This document shows, one piece after another, positions 1 through 12,442 of a stretch of DNA of 64,000 nucleotides. The position numbers and the translations under genes were made by a program. This DNA comes from Mobula hypostoma (lineage: Eukaryota): the NCBI RefSeq assembly GCF_963921235.1, contig NC_086108.1, forward strand, positions 26,164,001 to 26,228,000, given 5' to 3'. The notes below the pieces were generated by a model that saw only the letters and a list, made by a program, of their open reading frames with translations, was not told where the DNA came from and ran no database searches. Position 1 is the stretch's first letter; the number at the start of each line of letters is the position of its first letter.

Positions 1-1792
1 TTCTTCATATGAAAGTCCTGCCATCCCAGGAATCAATCTGGTGAACCTTCTTTGTACTCCCTCTATGGCAAAGAAGTCTTTCCTCAGATTAGGGGACCAA
101 AACTGCACACAATACTCCAGGTGTGGTCTCACCAAGGCCTTGTACAACTGCAGTAGTACCTCCCTGCTCCTGTACTCGAATCCTCTCGCTATAAATGCCA
201 GCATACCATTCGCCTTTTTCACCGCCTGCTGTACCTGCATGCCCCCTTTCAATGACTGGTGTATAATGACACCCAGGTCTCGTTGCACCTCCCCTTTTCC
301 TAATCGGCCACGATTCAGATAATAATCTGTTTTCCTATTTTTGCCACCAAAGTGGATAACTTCACCTTTATCCACATTAAATTGCATCTGCCATGAGTTT
401 GCCCACTCACCCAACCTATCCAAGTCACCCTGCATCCTCTTAGCATCCTCCTCACTGCTAACACTGCCACCCAGCTTCGTGTCATCCGCAAACTTGGAGA
501 TGCTGCATTTAATTCCCTCATCCAAGTCATTAATATATATTGTAAACAACTGGGGTCCCAGCACTGAGCCTTGCGGTACCCCACTAGTCACTGCCTGCCA
601 TTCTGAAAAGGTCCCGTTTATTCCCACTCTTTGCTTCCTGTCTGCTAACCAGTTCTCCACCCACACCAATACCTTACCCCCAATACCGTGTGCTTTAAGT
701 TTGCACACTAATCTCCTGTGTGGGACCTTGTCAAAAGCCTTTTGAAAATCCAAATATACCACATCCACTGGTTCTCCCCTATCCACTCTACTAGTTACAT
801 CCTCAAAAAATTCTATGAGATTCGTCAGACATGATTTTCCTTTCACAAATCCATGCTGACTTTGTCCGATCATTTCACCGCTTTCCAAATGTGCTGTTAT
901 CACATCCTTGATAACTGACTCCAGCAGTTTCCCCACCACCGACTTTAGGCTAACCGGTCTATAATTCCCCGGTTTCTCTCTCCCTCCTTTTTTAAAAAGT
1001 GGGGTTACATTAGCCACCCCCCAATCCTCAGGAACCAGTCCAGAATCTAACGAGTTTTGAAAAATTATCACTAATGCATCCACTATTTCTTGGGCTACTT
1101 CCTTAAGCACTCTAGGATGCAGACCATCTGGCCCTGGGGATTTATCTGCCTTCAATCCCTTCAATTTACCTAACACCACTTCCCTACTAACATGTATTTC
1201 ACTCAGTTCCTCCAACTCACTGGATCCTCTGTCCCTTACTATTTCTGGAAGATTATTTATGTCCTCCTTAGTGAAGACAGAACCAAAGTAATTATTCAAT
1301 TGGTCTGCCATGTCCTTGCTCCCCATAATCAATTCACCTGTTTCTGTCTGCAGGGGACCTACATTTGTCTTTACCAGTCTTTTCCTTTTTACATATCTAT
1401 AAAAGCTTTTACAGTCCTTTTTTATGTTCCCCGCCAGTTTTCTCTCATAATCTTTTTTCCCTTTCCTAATTAAGCCCTTTGTCCTCCTCTGCTGAACTCT
1501 GAATTTCTCCCAGTCCTCAGGTGAGCCACTTTCTCTGGCTAATTTGTATGCTACTTCTTTGGAATTGATACTATCCCTAATTTCTCTTGTCAGCCACGGG
1601 TGCACTACCTTCCTTGATTTATTCTTTTGCCAAACTGGGATGAACAATTGTTGTAGTTCATCCATGCAACCTTTAAATGCTTGCCAATGCATATCCACCG
1701 TCAATCCTTTAAGTGTCATTTGCCAGTCTATCTTAGCTAATTCACGTCTCATACCTTCAAAGTTACCCCTCTTTAAGTTCAGAACCTTTGTT
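1..1792 (-). mobile_element. CR1-clade LINE ORF2 (RT region), 5'-truncated, runs off the window start; relatively young copy
   Basis: Minus strand encodes CR1 ORF2 motifs, including RFTRLIPGMAGLSYEE at the window start and the RT catalytic FADD (revcomp of gtcatccgcaaa at about 481-492). The + strand ORFs 41-322 and 341-745 are its antisense shadows. Confidence 0.9.
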
Positions 1793-1829
1793 CTACTATC
1801 ATCCTTGCCTCTAATGCCACCTCTGGTGG

Positions 1830-2335
1830 TACATTCCAGGTACCCACCATATTGGGTAAAACATTTGCCCTGCACAGTTCCTTTGAACATACTCTCTCTC
1901 ACTCTAAACTCATGCCCTCTAGTATGAGACATTTTGACGCTGGGATAGAGATCCCACCTGCCTTATCTATACCTTTTATAGAGCCTGCTAGTATTCATCC
2001 TGTCCATACCCATCATAATTTAGTTTACTTCCATCAGATCTCCCCTCATTCTTCTATTCTCCAGTGAATACAGTCCTCGCCTATTCGATCTTTCCCTATA
2101 ACTCAGGTCCTCAAGTCCCAGCAACATCCTTATAAATCTTATAATCTTATATTCTTCTTTCAGCTCTTCCCTCAGCCTCTGCCATTCCAAAGAAAACCAC
2201 ACAAGTTTCTCCAAGCTCTCCTTATTGCACATGTCATCTAGTCTGGGCAGCATTCTGGTAAACCTCTTCTGCACCCTCTCCAAAGTCTTCACATCCTTCA
2301 TACGAGTTGATCAGAACTGAATGTAGTATTCCATA
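1830..2335 (-). mobile_element. Degenerate CR1 3' fragments
   Basis: ORF 2020-2301: ERVQKRFTRMLP...GLYSLENRRMRGDLMEV, the CR1 ORF2 C-terminus, appearing as two fused pieces. Confidence 0.8.
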
Positions 2336-2344
2336 ATTCAGGAA

Positions 2345-2640
2345 TGTACTTCAAAGTAAATTTATTATTGAAGTATCTATATGCCACCATATACAACCCA
2401 GAGATTCATTTTCTTGTGGGCATAAACAATAAATCCAATAACCATAATACAATCAATGAAATACCACACCAACAGTGCAGAAAATCAATATACAAAAGAC
2501 AACAAACTGTGCAAATACAAAAAGAAAGAAAAAAAGAATAATAAAAATAAATCTTGAGAATGTGAGATTAAGAGTCCTCGAAAGTGAGTCCACAGGTTGT
2601 GCGAACAGTTTAGTGATGGGGTATGTAAGTTGAGTGAAGG
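2345..2640 (-). mobile_element. Rex1/Babar-like LINE 3' UTR fragment
   Basis: Starts ttcaaagtaaatttattat, the same tail seen at about 12443 and 32646, where it is linked to Rex1-type coding sequence. Confidence 0.65.
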
Positions 2641-4598
2641 TAAGATCATAAGATATAGGAGCAGATTTAGACCATTTGACCCATTGAGTTTGCTGCACCA
2701 CTTCAGCATGGCTGATCCAATTTTCCTCATCCCAATCTCCTGCCTTTTCCCTGTATCCCTGCATGCCCTGACCAATCAAGAATCTATCAAATTCTGCCTT
2801 AAGTATACTGTACATAAAGACATGGCCTCCACAGCTGCCTGTGGCAAATAATTCCACAGATTCACCGCTCTCTGGCTAAGGAAGTTCCTCCTCATCTCCA
2901 TTCCATTCTGAGGCTGTGTCCTCTGGTCTTAGACTCTGCCACCTTAGGAAACATCTTCTCCACATACATTCTACCAAGGCCTTTCATCATTTGATGTTTC
3001 AATAAGGTCACCCCTCATTCTTCTGAATTCCTGTGAATACAGGTACCAAGACATCAAACACTCTTCATATGATAAGCTGTTCAATCCTGGAATCATTTTT
3101 GTGAACGTTCATTGAACCCTCTCCAGTTTCAGCATATCCTTTCTAAGATAAGGGGCCCAAGACTGCTCACAATACTCAAAGTGAGGCCTTATCAGTGCTT
3201 TATAAAGCCTCAATATTACATCTTTGTTTTTATATTCTGGTCCTCTCTGAAAGAATGCACACATTGCATTTGCCTTCCTCACTACAGTCTCAACCTGTAA
3301 AGTAACCTTTAGGGAATCCTGCACAATGACTATAAAGTCTCTTTTCACTTCAGTTTTTTGTATTTTCTCTCCAATTAGAAAATAGTCAACCTTTCATTTC
3401 TTCTATCCAAGTGCATGACCATACACTTCCCAACATTGTATTCCATCTGCCATTTCTTTGCCCACTGTCCTGATCTGTCTGTGTACTTCCGTAGCCCCTC
3501 TACTTCCTCAGAACTCCTTGTCCCTCCACCTATCTTCATTTCATCTGCAAACTTTACAACAAAGCCATCAATTCCATCATTCAGGTCATTGATATGTAAT
3601 GTAAAAAGAATTTGTCCCATCAGAGATCCCTGTGGAAAACCACATGTCACCGGCAGCCAGTCAGAAGAGATTCCCTTTATTCCCACTCTTTGCCTCCTGT
3701 CAATCAGCCACTGCTTTATCCATGTTAGAATCTTTCCTGTAATAGCACAGTCTATCCTGCTTGTTATTTCTTCAAAGATTCCAACATATTTGTCTAGCAC
3801 GATTTTCCTTTGAAGAAACCATGCTGACTACGGCCTATTTTATTGTGTACCTCCAAGTACCCTGAAACTTCATCCTTAATAATTGACTCCAACTTCTTCT
3901 GAACCACTGGATTAGACTAACTGGCCTGTAGTTGTCTTTCTTCTGCCTCTCTCCCTTCTTGAAGACTAGAGTGATATTTGCAATTTTCCAGTCTTCCAGA
4001 ACCATTCCAGAATCTAGTGATTCCTGACAGATCATTAGTAATGACTCCACAATCTCTTCAGCCCCCTCTTTCAGGACTCTGGGCTGTACACCATCTGGAT
4101 CAGGTGAATTATCCACTTTCAGACCTCTCAGTTTCCCCAAGAACCTCTAGTTATGGTGTCGTGTCCCCTGACACCGTGACTTCCACCATACTGCTAGTGT
4201 CTTCCACAGTGAAAACTGATGCAAAATACCTGCTCAGTTTGTCCGTTATTTTGTTGTCCCGTTATTACCTCTCCACCATCGTTTTCCAGCAGTCCAATAA
4301 ATACTCCGCATTTCTTTTACACTTTATGTATCTAAAGAAACTTTTGGCATCATCTTTATTATTATTGGCTAACTTATTTCAGCTTCCATCTTTACCTTCT
4401 TAATGACCCTTTTTAGTTGCCTTCTGTTGGTTTTTAAAAGTTTCCCAATCATCTAACTTCCTACTAATCTTTGCTCTATTATGTGCCCTCTCTTTGTCTT
4501 TTATGTTGGCTTTGACTTCTCTTGTCAGCCACAGTTATGTCATATTTCCTTTAAAATACTTCTTCATTTTCGGGATGTATATAACCTGTGCCTTCCGA
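2641..4598 (-). mobile_element. CR1-clade LINE, decayed ORF2 plus 3' tail
   Basis: ORFs 3109-3348, 3375-3800 (GFPQGSLMG, KFADEMKIG) and 3835-4140 (SPDPDG, DNYRPVSL). Confidence 0.9.
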
Positions 4599-5785
4599 AC
4601 ATCTGCAACCCTCCAATCCTCCAGAACCTCTCCCGTCCTTGCTGATGATGCAAAGATCATCGCCAGAGGCTCAGCAATCTCCTCCCTCACTTCCCACAGT
4701 AGCCTGGGGTACATCTCATCTGGTCCCGGTGACTTATACAACTTGATGCTTTCCAAAAGCTCCAGTACATTCTCTTCCTTAATATCTACATGCTCAAGCT
4801 TTTCAGTCTGCTACAAGCCATTCTTACAATTGCAAAGATCCTTTTCCGTAGTGAATACTGAAGCAAAGTATTCAATAAGCACCTCTGCCATCTCCTCCAG
4901 TTCTATACACACTTTTCCACTGTCACAGTTGATTGGTCCTATTCTCTTGCCCTTCACATACTTGTAGAATGCTTTGGGGTTTTCCTGAATCCTGTCCGCC
5001 AAGGCCTTCTCATGGCCCCTTCTGGCTTTCCTAATTTCATTCTTAAGCTCCTTCCTGCTAGCCTTATAATCTTCCAGATCTCTATCATTACCGAGTTTTT
5101 TGAACCTTTCGTAAGCTCTTCTTTTCTTTTTAACTAGATTTACAACAACCTTTGTACACCACGGTTCTTGTACCCTACCATCCTTTCCCTGTCTCATTGG
5201 AACATGTCAGTGCAGAACCCTACGCAAATATCCCCTTAATATTTGCCACATTTCTGCCATACATTTCCCTGAGAACATCTGTTTCCAGTTTATGCTTCCA
5301 AGTTCCTACCTGATAGCCTCATTTTTTCCCTTACTCCAATTAAACGTTTCCCTAATCTGTCTGTTCCTATTCCTTTCCAATGCTCTAGTAAAGGAGATAG
5401 AATTGTGATCACTATCTCCAAAATGCTCTCTCACTGAGAGACCTGACACCTGACCAGGTTCATTTCTCAATACCAGATCAAATACAGCCCCCCCTCTTGT
5501 ATTCTTATCTACATATTGTGTCAAGAAACCTTCCTGAACACACCTAACAAACTCCACCCCAGCTAAACCCCTCACTCTAGAGAGATGCCAATCAATATTT
5601 GGGAAATTAAAATCTCCCAACACAACAACCCTGTTATTATTACACCTTTGCAGAATCTGTCTCCCTATCTGCTCCTTGATGTCTCTTCCAATTGGGTGGT
5701 CTATAAAAAACACCCAGTAGAGTTATTGACCCCTTCCTGTTCCTAACTTCCACCCACAGAGACTCTGTAGACAACCCCTTCATGA

Positions 5786-6811
5786 AGCATCGCCTCATCT
5801 GGAAGGACTGTCTGGGGCCTTGAATCTTGGTAAGGGAGGAAGTGTAAGGGCATGTGTTCCGCTTACAAGGATAAGTGCTAGGAGGGAGATCAGTGGGGAG
5901 GGATGGGGGGGACGAATGGACAAGTGAGTCACGTAGGGAGCGATCCTTGCGGAAAGCAGAGTGGGGGGAGGGAAAGATGTGAACGGATGGGGTACGAGGG
6001 AGAGGTGGGGCATTAGCGGAAGTTAGAGAAGTCAATGTTAACGGATGGGGTACTATACTGCGTCTGGTGTCACCTGTCAGTCGTCTGGGGTGATATACTG
6101 GGTCCGGTGCTCCCAATGTGGCCTTCTATATATTGACGAGACCCGATGCAGACTGGGAGATCGTTTTGCTGAACACCTACGCTCTGTCCACCAGAGAAAG
6201 CAGGATCTCCCAGTGGCCACACATTTTAATTCCGCATCCCATTCCCATTCTGATATGTCTATCCACGGCCTCCTCTACTGTAAAGATGAAGCCACACTCA
6301 GGTTGGAGGAACAACACCTTATATTCCGTCTGGGTAGCCTCCAACCTGATGGTATGAACATTGACTTCTCTAACTTCCGCTAATGCCCCACCTCCCCCTC
6401 GTACCCCATCTGTTACTTATTTTTATGCACACATTCTTTCTCTCTCTCTCCTTTTTCTCCCTCTGTCCCTCTCACTATACCCCTTGCCCATCCTCTGGGC
6501 TTCCCCCCCTCTTTTCCTTCTCCCTGGGCCTCCTGTCCCGTGATCCTCTCATATCCCTTTTGCCAATCACCTGTCCAGCTCTTGGCTCCATCCCTCCCCC
6601 TCCTGTCGTCTCCTATCATTTTGGATTTCCCCTCCCCCTCCTACTTTTAAATCTCTTACTAGCTCTTTCTTCAGTTAGTCCTGACGAAGGGTCTCGGCCT
6701 GAAACGTCGACTGTACCTCTTCCTAGAGATGCTGCCTGGCCTGCTGCGTTCACCAACAACTTTGATGCGTGTTGCTTGAATTTCCAGCATCTGCAGAATT
6801 CCTCGTGTTTG
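5786..6811 (+). mobile_element. Penelope-like element (GIY-YIG endonuclease end plus pseudo-LTR) with inverted 5' part
   Basis: ORF 6045-6383 GVIYWVRCSQCGLLYIDETRCRLGDRFAEH (GIY-YIG). TSD cccttcatga (5776-5785) / ccctccatga (6812-6821). The host CR1 frame EVMEG|LSTESLWVEVRN rejoins across it. Confidence 0.9.
6677..6712 (+). ncRNA. Minimal type I hammerhead ribozyme motif in Penelope pLTR
   Basis: AGTC-CTGACGA-A-GGGTCTCGGCCT-GAAACGTC-GACT: CUGANGA and GAAA core, stem II, palindromic ACGT stem III, GUC cleavage triplet, stem I AGTC/GACT. Confidence 0.75.
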
Positions 6812-7410
6812 CCCTCCATGACTTCCTCCTTTTCTGCAGCCGTGTCACTATCCCTGATCAATAGTGCCATACCCCCACCTCTTTTGCCTCCCTCCCTGTC
6901 CTTTCTGAAACATCTAAAGCCTGGCACTTGAAGTAGCCATTCCTGCCCCTGCACCATCCAAGTCTCTGTAATAAGCACAACATCATAGCTCTAAATGCTG
7001 ATCCACGCCCTAAGCTCATCTGCTTTAATCATAATACTCCTTGCATTAAATTAGACACATCTCAAACCATCAGTCTCAGCACGTCACCTTCTCTATCGCC
7101 TGCCCTTTCGCACTGTCTCCAAACTTTCTCTATTTGTGAACCAACCTCCCTTTCCTCTGTCTCTTCAGTTCAGTTCCCAACCCCCAGTAAATTCAAGTTT
7201 AAACTCTCCCCAATAGCCTTAGCAAACCTCCCCACCAGGCTATTGTGCCCCCCCCCGGAATTCAAGTGCAACCTGTCCTTTTTGTACAGGTGACACCTGC
7301 CCCAAAAGGGGTCCCAATGATCCAGAAATCTGAATCCCCACCTCCGCTCCAGTCCCTCAGCCACGCATTTATCCTCCACCTCATTCCTATTCCTATACTC
7401 ACTGTCACTT

Positions 7411-7960
7411 CCTTCTCCTGAACTGAATGATCAGCTCCTCGGTCTTGCTGACATTGAGTAAGAGGTTGTTGTTGGGACGCCACTCAGCCAGATTTTCAAT
7501 CTTCCTCCTATATGCTGATTCGTTACCATCTTTGATTCAGCCAAAGACAGTGTTGTCATCAGCAAAGCTAACTATGTCTTTGGAGCTGTGGTTAGCCACA
7601 CAGTCATACATGTAAAGTGAATAGAGCAGGGGGCAAAGTATATAGTCTTGTGGTGCACCTGTGCTGAAAGAAATTGTGGAGGAGATGTTGCTGCCAATCA
7701 ATACTGACAGGGTTCTACAAGTGAAGAAACTGAGGATCCAATTGCACAAGGAGGTATTGAGACCAAGGTCTTGAAGCTTATTGATTAATTTTGAGGGGAT
7801 GATAGTATTGAATGCCAAGCTGTAGTATCCAGGTGTATACATCTATGCAGTCCAGATGTTCCAGGGTTAAGTGAAGAGCCAATGAAAATGGCTTCTGCTG
7901 TGACCCTGTAGGAAAATTGGAGTGGATCCATGTTGCTTCTCAGACAAGAGTTAACCATAC
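7411..7960 (-). mobile_element. Rex1/Babar LINE RT fragment
   Basis: ORF 7537-7842: [33 protein letters not shown]. Confidence 0.85.
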
Positions 7961-8139
7961 CTATATCGTGCATGAGCTGTGAAGATATTTTCTCAATTGG
8001 GCAGATGTCTGCTTGTATTCACTTGGAAGTACTACATCAGTAGACAATTAAATCAGGTACAAATCCATGTCCCCCTGTGTACTTGAATCATACAACTCTA
8101 AAACCGGCACTGGTGTGGCAAGTGAAACAAAGTGGGAGG

Positions 8140-8202
8140 TGGTGTTTGGACTTGAACCCTGTACTCTGTGTGGTCAACTTAATGTGTTATACAACTGTGC
8201 TG
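8140..8202 (-). mobile_element. Possible tRNA-derived SINE head remnant
   Basis: Minus strand agcacagttg...ggttcaagtcc resembles Pol III A and B boxes. Confidence 0.3.
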
Positions 8203-8869
8203 GCGAAATGATAGGACTGGTGCCATGATTCATAATAACTTTGACCCTGGAGCTAACTCTGCAACTTATGTGCAAGGTAGAACAGAATGACAAGTAGTCC
8301 TGAGATTCAGAGCCGTATCTGTCTGGTAGAAAGCCAATTTAATAATTGCCTGGTTTCCGGACCACCTTCATTAAAGCTGGAATGAGTTTGCTTGAAATAA
8401 AAACAGATTCAAAGAAAAAAAAAGGTTGCTTTGACTGAATAAATCAAGCTTTAAAAAGCTTTCAAAGGTAGTTGAGACAGATTCTGCAGGGCAGTGTGGG
8501 AACATGCAAAACAGGTAGCTCATGCTGGGAAGAATATCCATTTTGACTGCTAATTTTCTCCATCAGTGCAAATAGGAGGCCTTGCCATCAATCAAAGTCA
8601 AGAACTGCTTCAACAAGAAGAGAACCTTTTTTCCAGTTAAGCAGCCAACATGTTGGGTACATAATGGCATTGAGATATTTAAGACCCCAGGAGGACTGTT
8701 TGGACAAAGGATAAAGATGCAGTAATTTGTAACAAGTTAGGAAAAGAGCATCTTGAATTTATCCAATTTAATTACTTCATTGAAAAGAAGTGAGTCACAG
8801 ACATTTTTTTTCTGGAAATCTCTGGGCATAGTAGGACTTTGTAGAACTAGTGTTTAAAAATATCTAAAT

Positions 8870-9744
8870 ATATGAAATTGTAGTAGGAGTAGGCTATCCT
8901 GCCCTTTGTGTTTCCTATATCTTCAATCAGGATCAAGGCTGATCTTCCCCCTCAGTTACATTTTACTGCACTATCCCGATATCTCGTGATTCCCTTAAAG
9001 CATATAAACCTAGACACCTCTATTTTGAGTGTGGTTTTAATGACTGAGCTTCCACAACCATCTGGAAGATTCCAAATGTCCTTCTCATCATATGGTTAAA
9101 TAGTCTACTTCCCATGGCTAAACCATGTTCCTTGTTCCTGGGTTCGTGAATTAGGGAAACATCCTCTCTGTATCCAGAGACACCCTTGAAGAACTTAGTC
9201 ACCACATCTCAAGAAGGATATGGCAATGACAGAGAAAGTACAGAAGAGATTCACCAGGATGTTGCCTGAAATGGTGGGTTGTAGCTGGGTTGGGTTTATT
9301 TTCGTAGGAATATAGGAAGCTGAGGGGTAACTGTATAGAGGTATATAAATTGATGAGAACTATATATAGGATAGAGTTTTTTGCCAGAACATGGGAGTCT
9401 AGAACTAGAGGCCACAGTTTTAAGTGAGAGGGGAGAACTTAAAGGAGATCAGAAGAATATGCTTTTTCACATACAACTCTGTTACCTGGTGGTTATCTGG
9501 AATGCCAGAGGAGGCGGTAGAGGAAGATTGAATTAAGTTTAACAAGTGTTTAGCCAGGTACTTCTGAAGGGCATAGATCATGAGTTCCTAATCATTTTTA
9601 TGCCATGGACTCCTACTGTTAACCGAGAGGTCTATGGACCCTTGGTTGAAACCCCTGGCATATAGGACTAATATAGGTAAATGGGTTTAGCGTAGATAGG
9701 CATGATTGTTGGCAGATATGAGATGAGCCAAAAAAGCTTGCTTG
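8870..9744. mobile_element. Two old CR1 3' fragments (minus about 8870-9200; plus about 9200-9744, tail resuming after 10695)
   Basis: Plus part reads EKVQKRFTRMLP and leads into a CR1-type 3' tail. Confidence 0.7.
9579..9657. mobile_element. About 80-bp hAT/Charlie-like MITE
   Basis: Degenerate TIRs catgagttcc / aaacccctg (CAGGGGTT-type). The 8-bp flanks gcatagat and gcatatag are each one change from gcatagag. Confidence 0.55.
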
Positions 9745-10695
9745 TGTCATAAGAGGGCATTGGGGAGCGGACCTTAATGCAAGACACAGACACTGAAGTA
9801 CTAGGCACAGGACAAGGTTTATCAAGAAAGGAAGGGGAGTCAGGAAGAAATGACGCTGGACATGTACACAGGCCATGGATGAGACAAGGACACCGGGCCT
9901 GGCCTAGGACTAAGACTAGGAAAGTGGGACCAGGACAAGGAACTAGGAGCCTGGGCTAGGACTCTGAGCCAGAGACTGGATAGGGACCCAAAACCTGGGT
10001 CTTGACTCAGGCTCGGACCCCGGATCTAGGCGAGGACAAGACATGGCTACAGGACTGGATATGGCTAGGCCACAGGACTGGACGTGGCTACAGGACTGGA
10101 CGTGGAACTCCTGCACAGGACAAAGCACATGTACAGGACGAGAACACAAAGCCTTGTCTTGGACTAGACGAGGTTCTAGGACTTGGTTTGGACTAGATGA
10201 GGTACTTGGACATGGCTTGGACTAGACGAGGGACTCCTGGACTGGACAAGGGAACTCTAGCACAGGACAATGAATCTCCAGCGCGGGGCTGGGCGAGGTA
10301 CTCCTGGGCTGGTTGAAGAAACTCCAGCACAGGATGTGGCTCTTGGACTAGGTTTGGCTCGGTTCTTGGACTCGGCTTGATTAGGCTCTTGGGTACGGGG
10401 CCGGGATGCTTTCTAGGATGCAGGGCTGGGACCCTTTCTTGCACACAGGGCAGGGCCAGGATGACTGCCTAGGAAACCGCTGAGGAAACTGTCAGGGATT
10501 CAGATGGGGAGGGGAAGGGAACAGTCCAGCAGGGAATCCTTGGATTCCAGAGGTATTTATGTGCCAGCCCAAAACGAAATCAGGTGCCTTAATTAAGGCA
10601 CCCAATGGATCAAGGGAAAACAGGGAAACCCAGAATAAGGATCGATGAACCGGACCGTGAACTGGAATGCAGATTTCACGGACTGGACCATGACA
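9745..10695 (-). mobile_element. Solo LTR (Gypsy-like) with internal tandem repeats
   Basis: TGTCAT...ATGACA termini, 5-bp flanks gcttg/gtttg, TATA-like cataaata on the minus strand near 10555. Inserted in a CR1 tail. Confidence 0.75.
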
Positions 10696-10999
10696 GTTTG
10701 TGAACTATCTGAATTCATGATTCTATGCTTATTTGGATTTTTCATGAGATCTCTGTTCGTCTTTCTGAACTACTACACCTGAAACAATGATGCTACCTGA
10801 CCTGCTGAGTTTCTTCAGCATTTTGTGTGTGTTACTAAACTCTGCAGTGAATCCATTGGAGGAGAATAAGATGAAATTTACCAGTGTGTAGCAGACTTAG
10901 AAAATGGTAGCTATGACAAGAAGTTAGTTATTTCCTTGGGAAGAGAGGACATTTAACTATTGTGCATAAAATCATTGTTTTAAGATATATGGTAATTGA

Positions 11000-11480
11000 T
11001 AATTGGTTTATTATTGTCACATATAACAAGGTAAAGTGAAAATCTTTGTTTTCCACTACATCCATTCAGATCATTCCACCACATCAACTAATCAATGTAG
11101 TACAGGAGAAACCAATAACAGAATGCTGAAAGTAGTGTTAGAGTGTCACAGAAAATGTAGTGCAGGCAGATAAATATGGTCAAAGCTATTTTGAGGTAGA
11201 TTTTGAGGCAGAGTTTATCTTATTGTACAAGGGGACAATTCAATAGTCTTATAAGAACAGGATAGAAGCTGTTATAGATGATGGTGGAGATGTGATTTCG
11301 GGATTTTGCATCTTCTGTGAGAGGTGGGAGAAGACAGAATGTCCAGGACAGTGGGGAGGATGCCTTTGGTTATGTTGGTTGTTTTTCTGAGACAGCAAGT
11401 GTCAACAGAGTCCATGGAAGGGAGTTGGTTTTCATGATATTCTGAGTTGTGACTCAAACTCTGTGCAGTTTCTTGCAGTT
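11000..11480 (-). mobile_element. Old Rex1-like LINE 3' fragment
   Basis: ggtttattattgtcacat tail and a degenerate LPSMDSVDTCCLRKTTNITK C-terminal motif. Confidence 0.6.
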
Positions 11481-11977
11481 GATAGAAGAATGAAAGGGAA
11501 GATTTTTCCCTATTTGAGGACCAACACAAATAGTTATAGTTTTCTAACCCTATTAATTACATCAGCTACAACTTTAAAGAACACTCTTCACTGTGAAAGC
11601 ACTGGGAATGTAACTTGGCAAAGAATCTGGGATAATTGGCTGGGGTAAGAGTTTCAGTGTGCCAGAGCCAGGAGAGTGATTAGCTCAGTTCTGGCTCTTC
11701 AGTCCATACCAGACAGTCCAAGGGTATTTGGATTAGAACATTTGGCTGTAAAAAAAATGCTAACACCTTTGTTAGCTTTAGCACTGGGAGATAGTGATAG
11801 TGGACGATTAAGATGATTGAGAAAAATCTTGAGGATGGAGTCTGGTTCAGCAAACCCGTCCTTGTCTGGTATGCAGTGCAAGGTATTGAGAGTATTAAGG
11901 AAGGCAAATGGGATAGATTCTCTGGTGTGCTGTCCACAAGCAAAACATTATGGTCACACTATCGGACTCAGTCAGGA

Positions 11978-12076
11978 CTGGCGAAGGGTCTCGGCCCGAA
12001 ACGTCGACCGTACCTCTTCCTAGAGATACTGCCTGGCCTGCTGCATTCACCAGCAACTTTTATGTGCGTTGCTTGA
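11978..12076 (+). mobile_element. Isolated Penelope pLTR 3' fragment starting at the hammerhead core (core mutated to CUGGCGA)
   Basis: Nearly identical to 6681-6779. Confidence 0.8.
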
Positions 12077-12442
12077 GGTGTGATTTTGTTGGCATTGGAA
12101 TTCAAAAGTTCTAGATATACAAAGGGAAGTTGTAATTGACAATCATTTCACTCAAAAGGCAGGGGATGTTGGCCCATTTTCAATTTTGAAGACTTTAATA
12201 TAAGGCAGTAGAAAATGCTGTAAGAATCTTATATTTTTCCAATTCTGATGAAAGGTTTTGGACCTCTTCTCTTTCCATAAATGCTGCCTAACCTGCTGAG
12301 TATTTCCAGTATTTTCTGTATTAAAATTTCGGACATTTTCAGAATGATAATACATGATAAGCTACATTCAGCTGAGAGGTGTCATGGAATAAACACAGAG
12401 AGCTGGATGTTCAGATATCTAGTTTTCTAAAGTTTGGTTCAT

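Larger units (their letters stand above)
4599..7410 (-). mobile_element. Second-family CR1 LINE (ORF1 esterase end, APE endonuclease, start of RT), interrupted by a Penelope element at 5786-6811
   Basis: ORF 7170-7379 GFRFLDHWDPFWGR..DRLHLN (SGNH esterase ORF1); 6616-6978 ITETW..FRKDREGGKRGGG; 5306-5713 LGDFNFPNIDW..SDHN (APE); 4811-5197 and 4535-4756 KSPGPDEMYPR. Same family as 25261-27332. Confidence 0.9.

Noticed and set aside
6383..6931. 182-aa Pro/Leu/Ser-rich ORF (also 37716-38021)
   Set aside because: Translation of the pyrimidine-rich Penelope pLTR.
10045..10400. CRISPR-like periodic repeats
   Set aside because: The units are degenerate tandem copies without unique spacers, lie inside an LTR in vertebrate-type DNA, and have no cas genes nearby.
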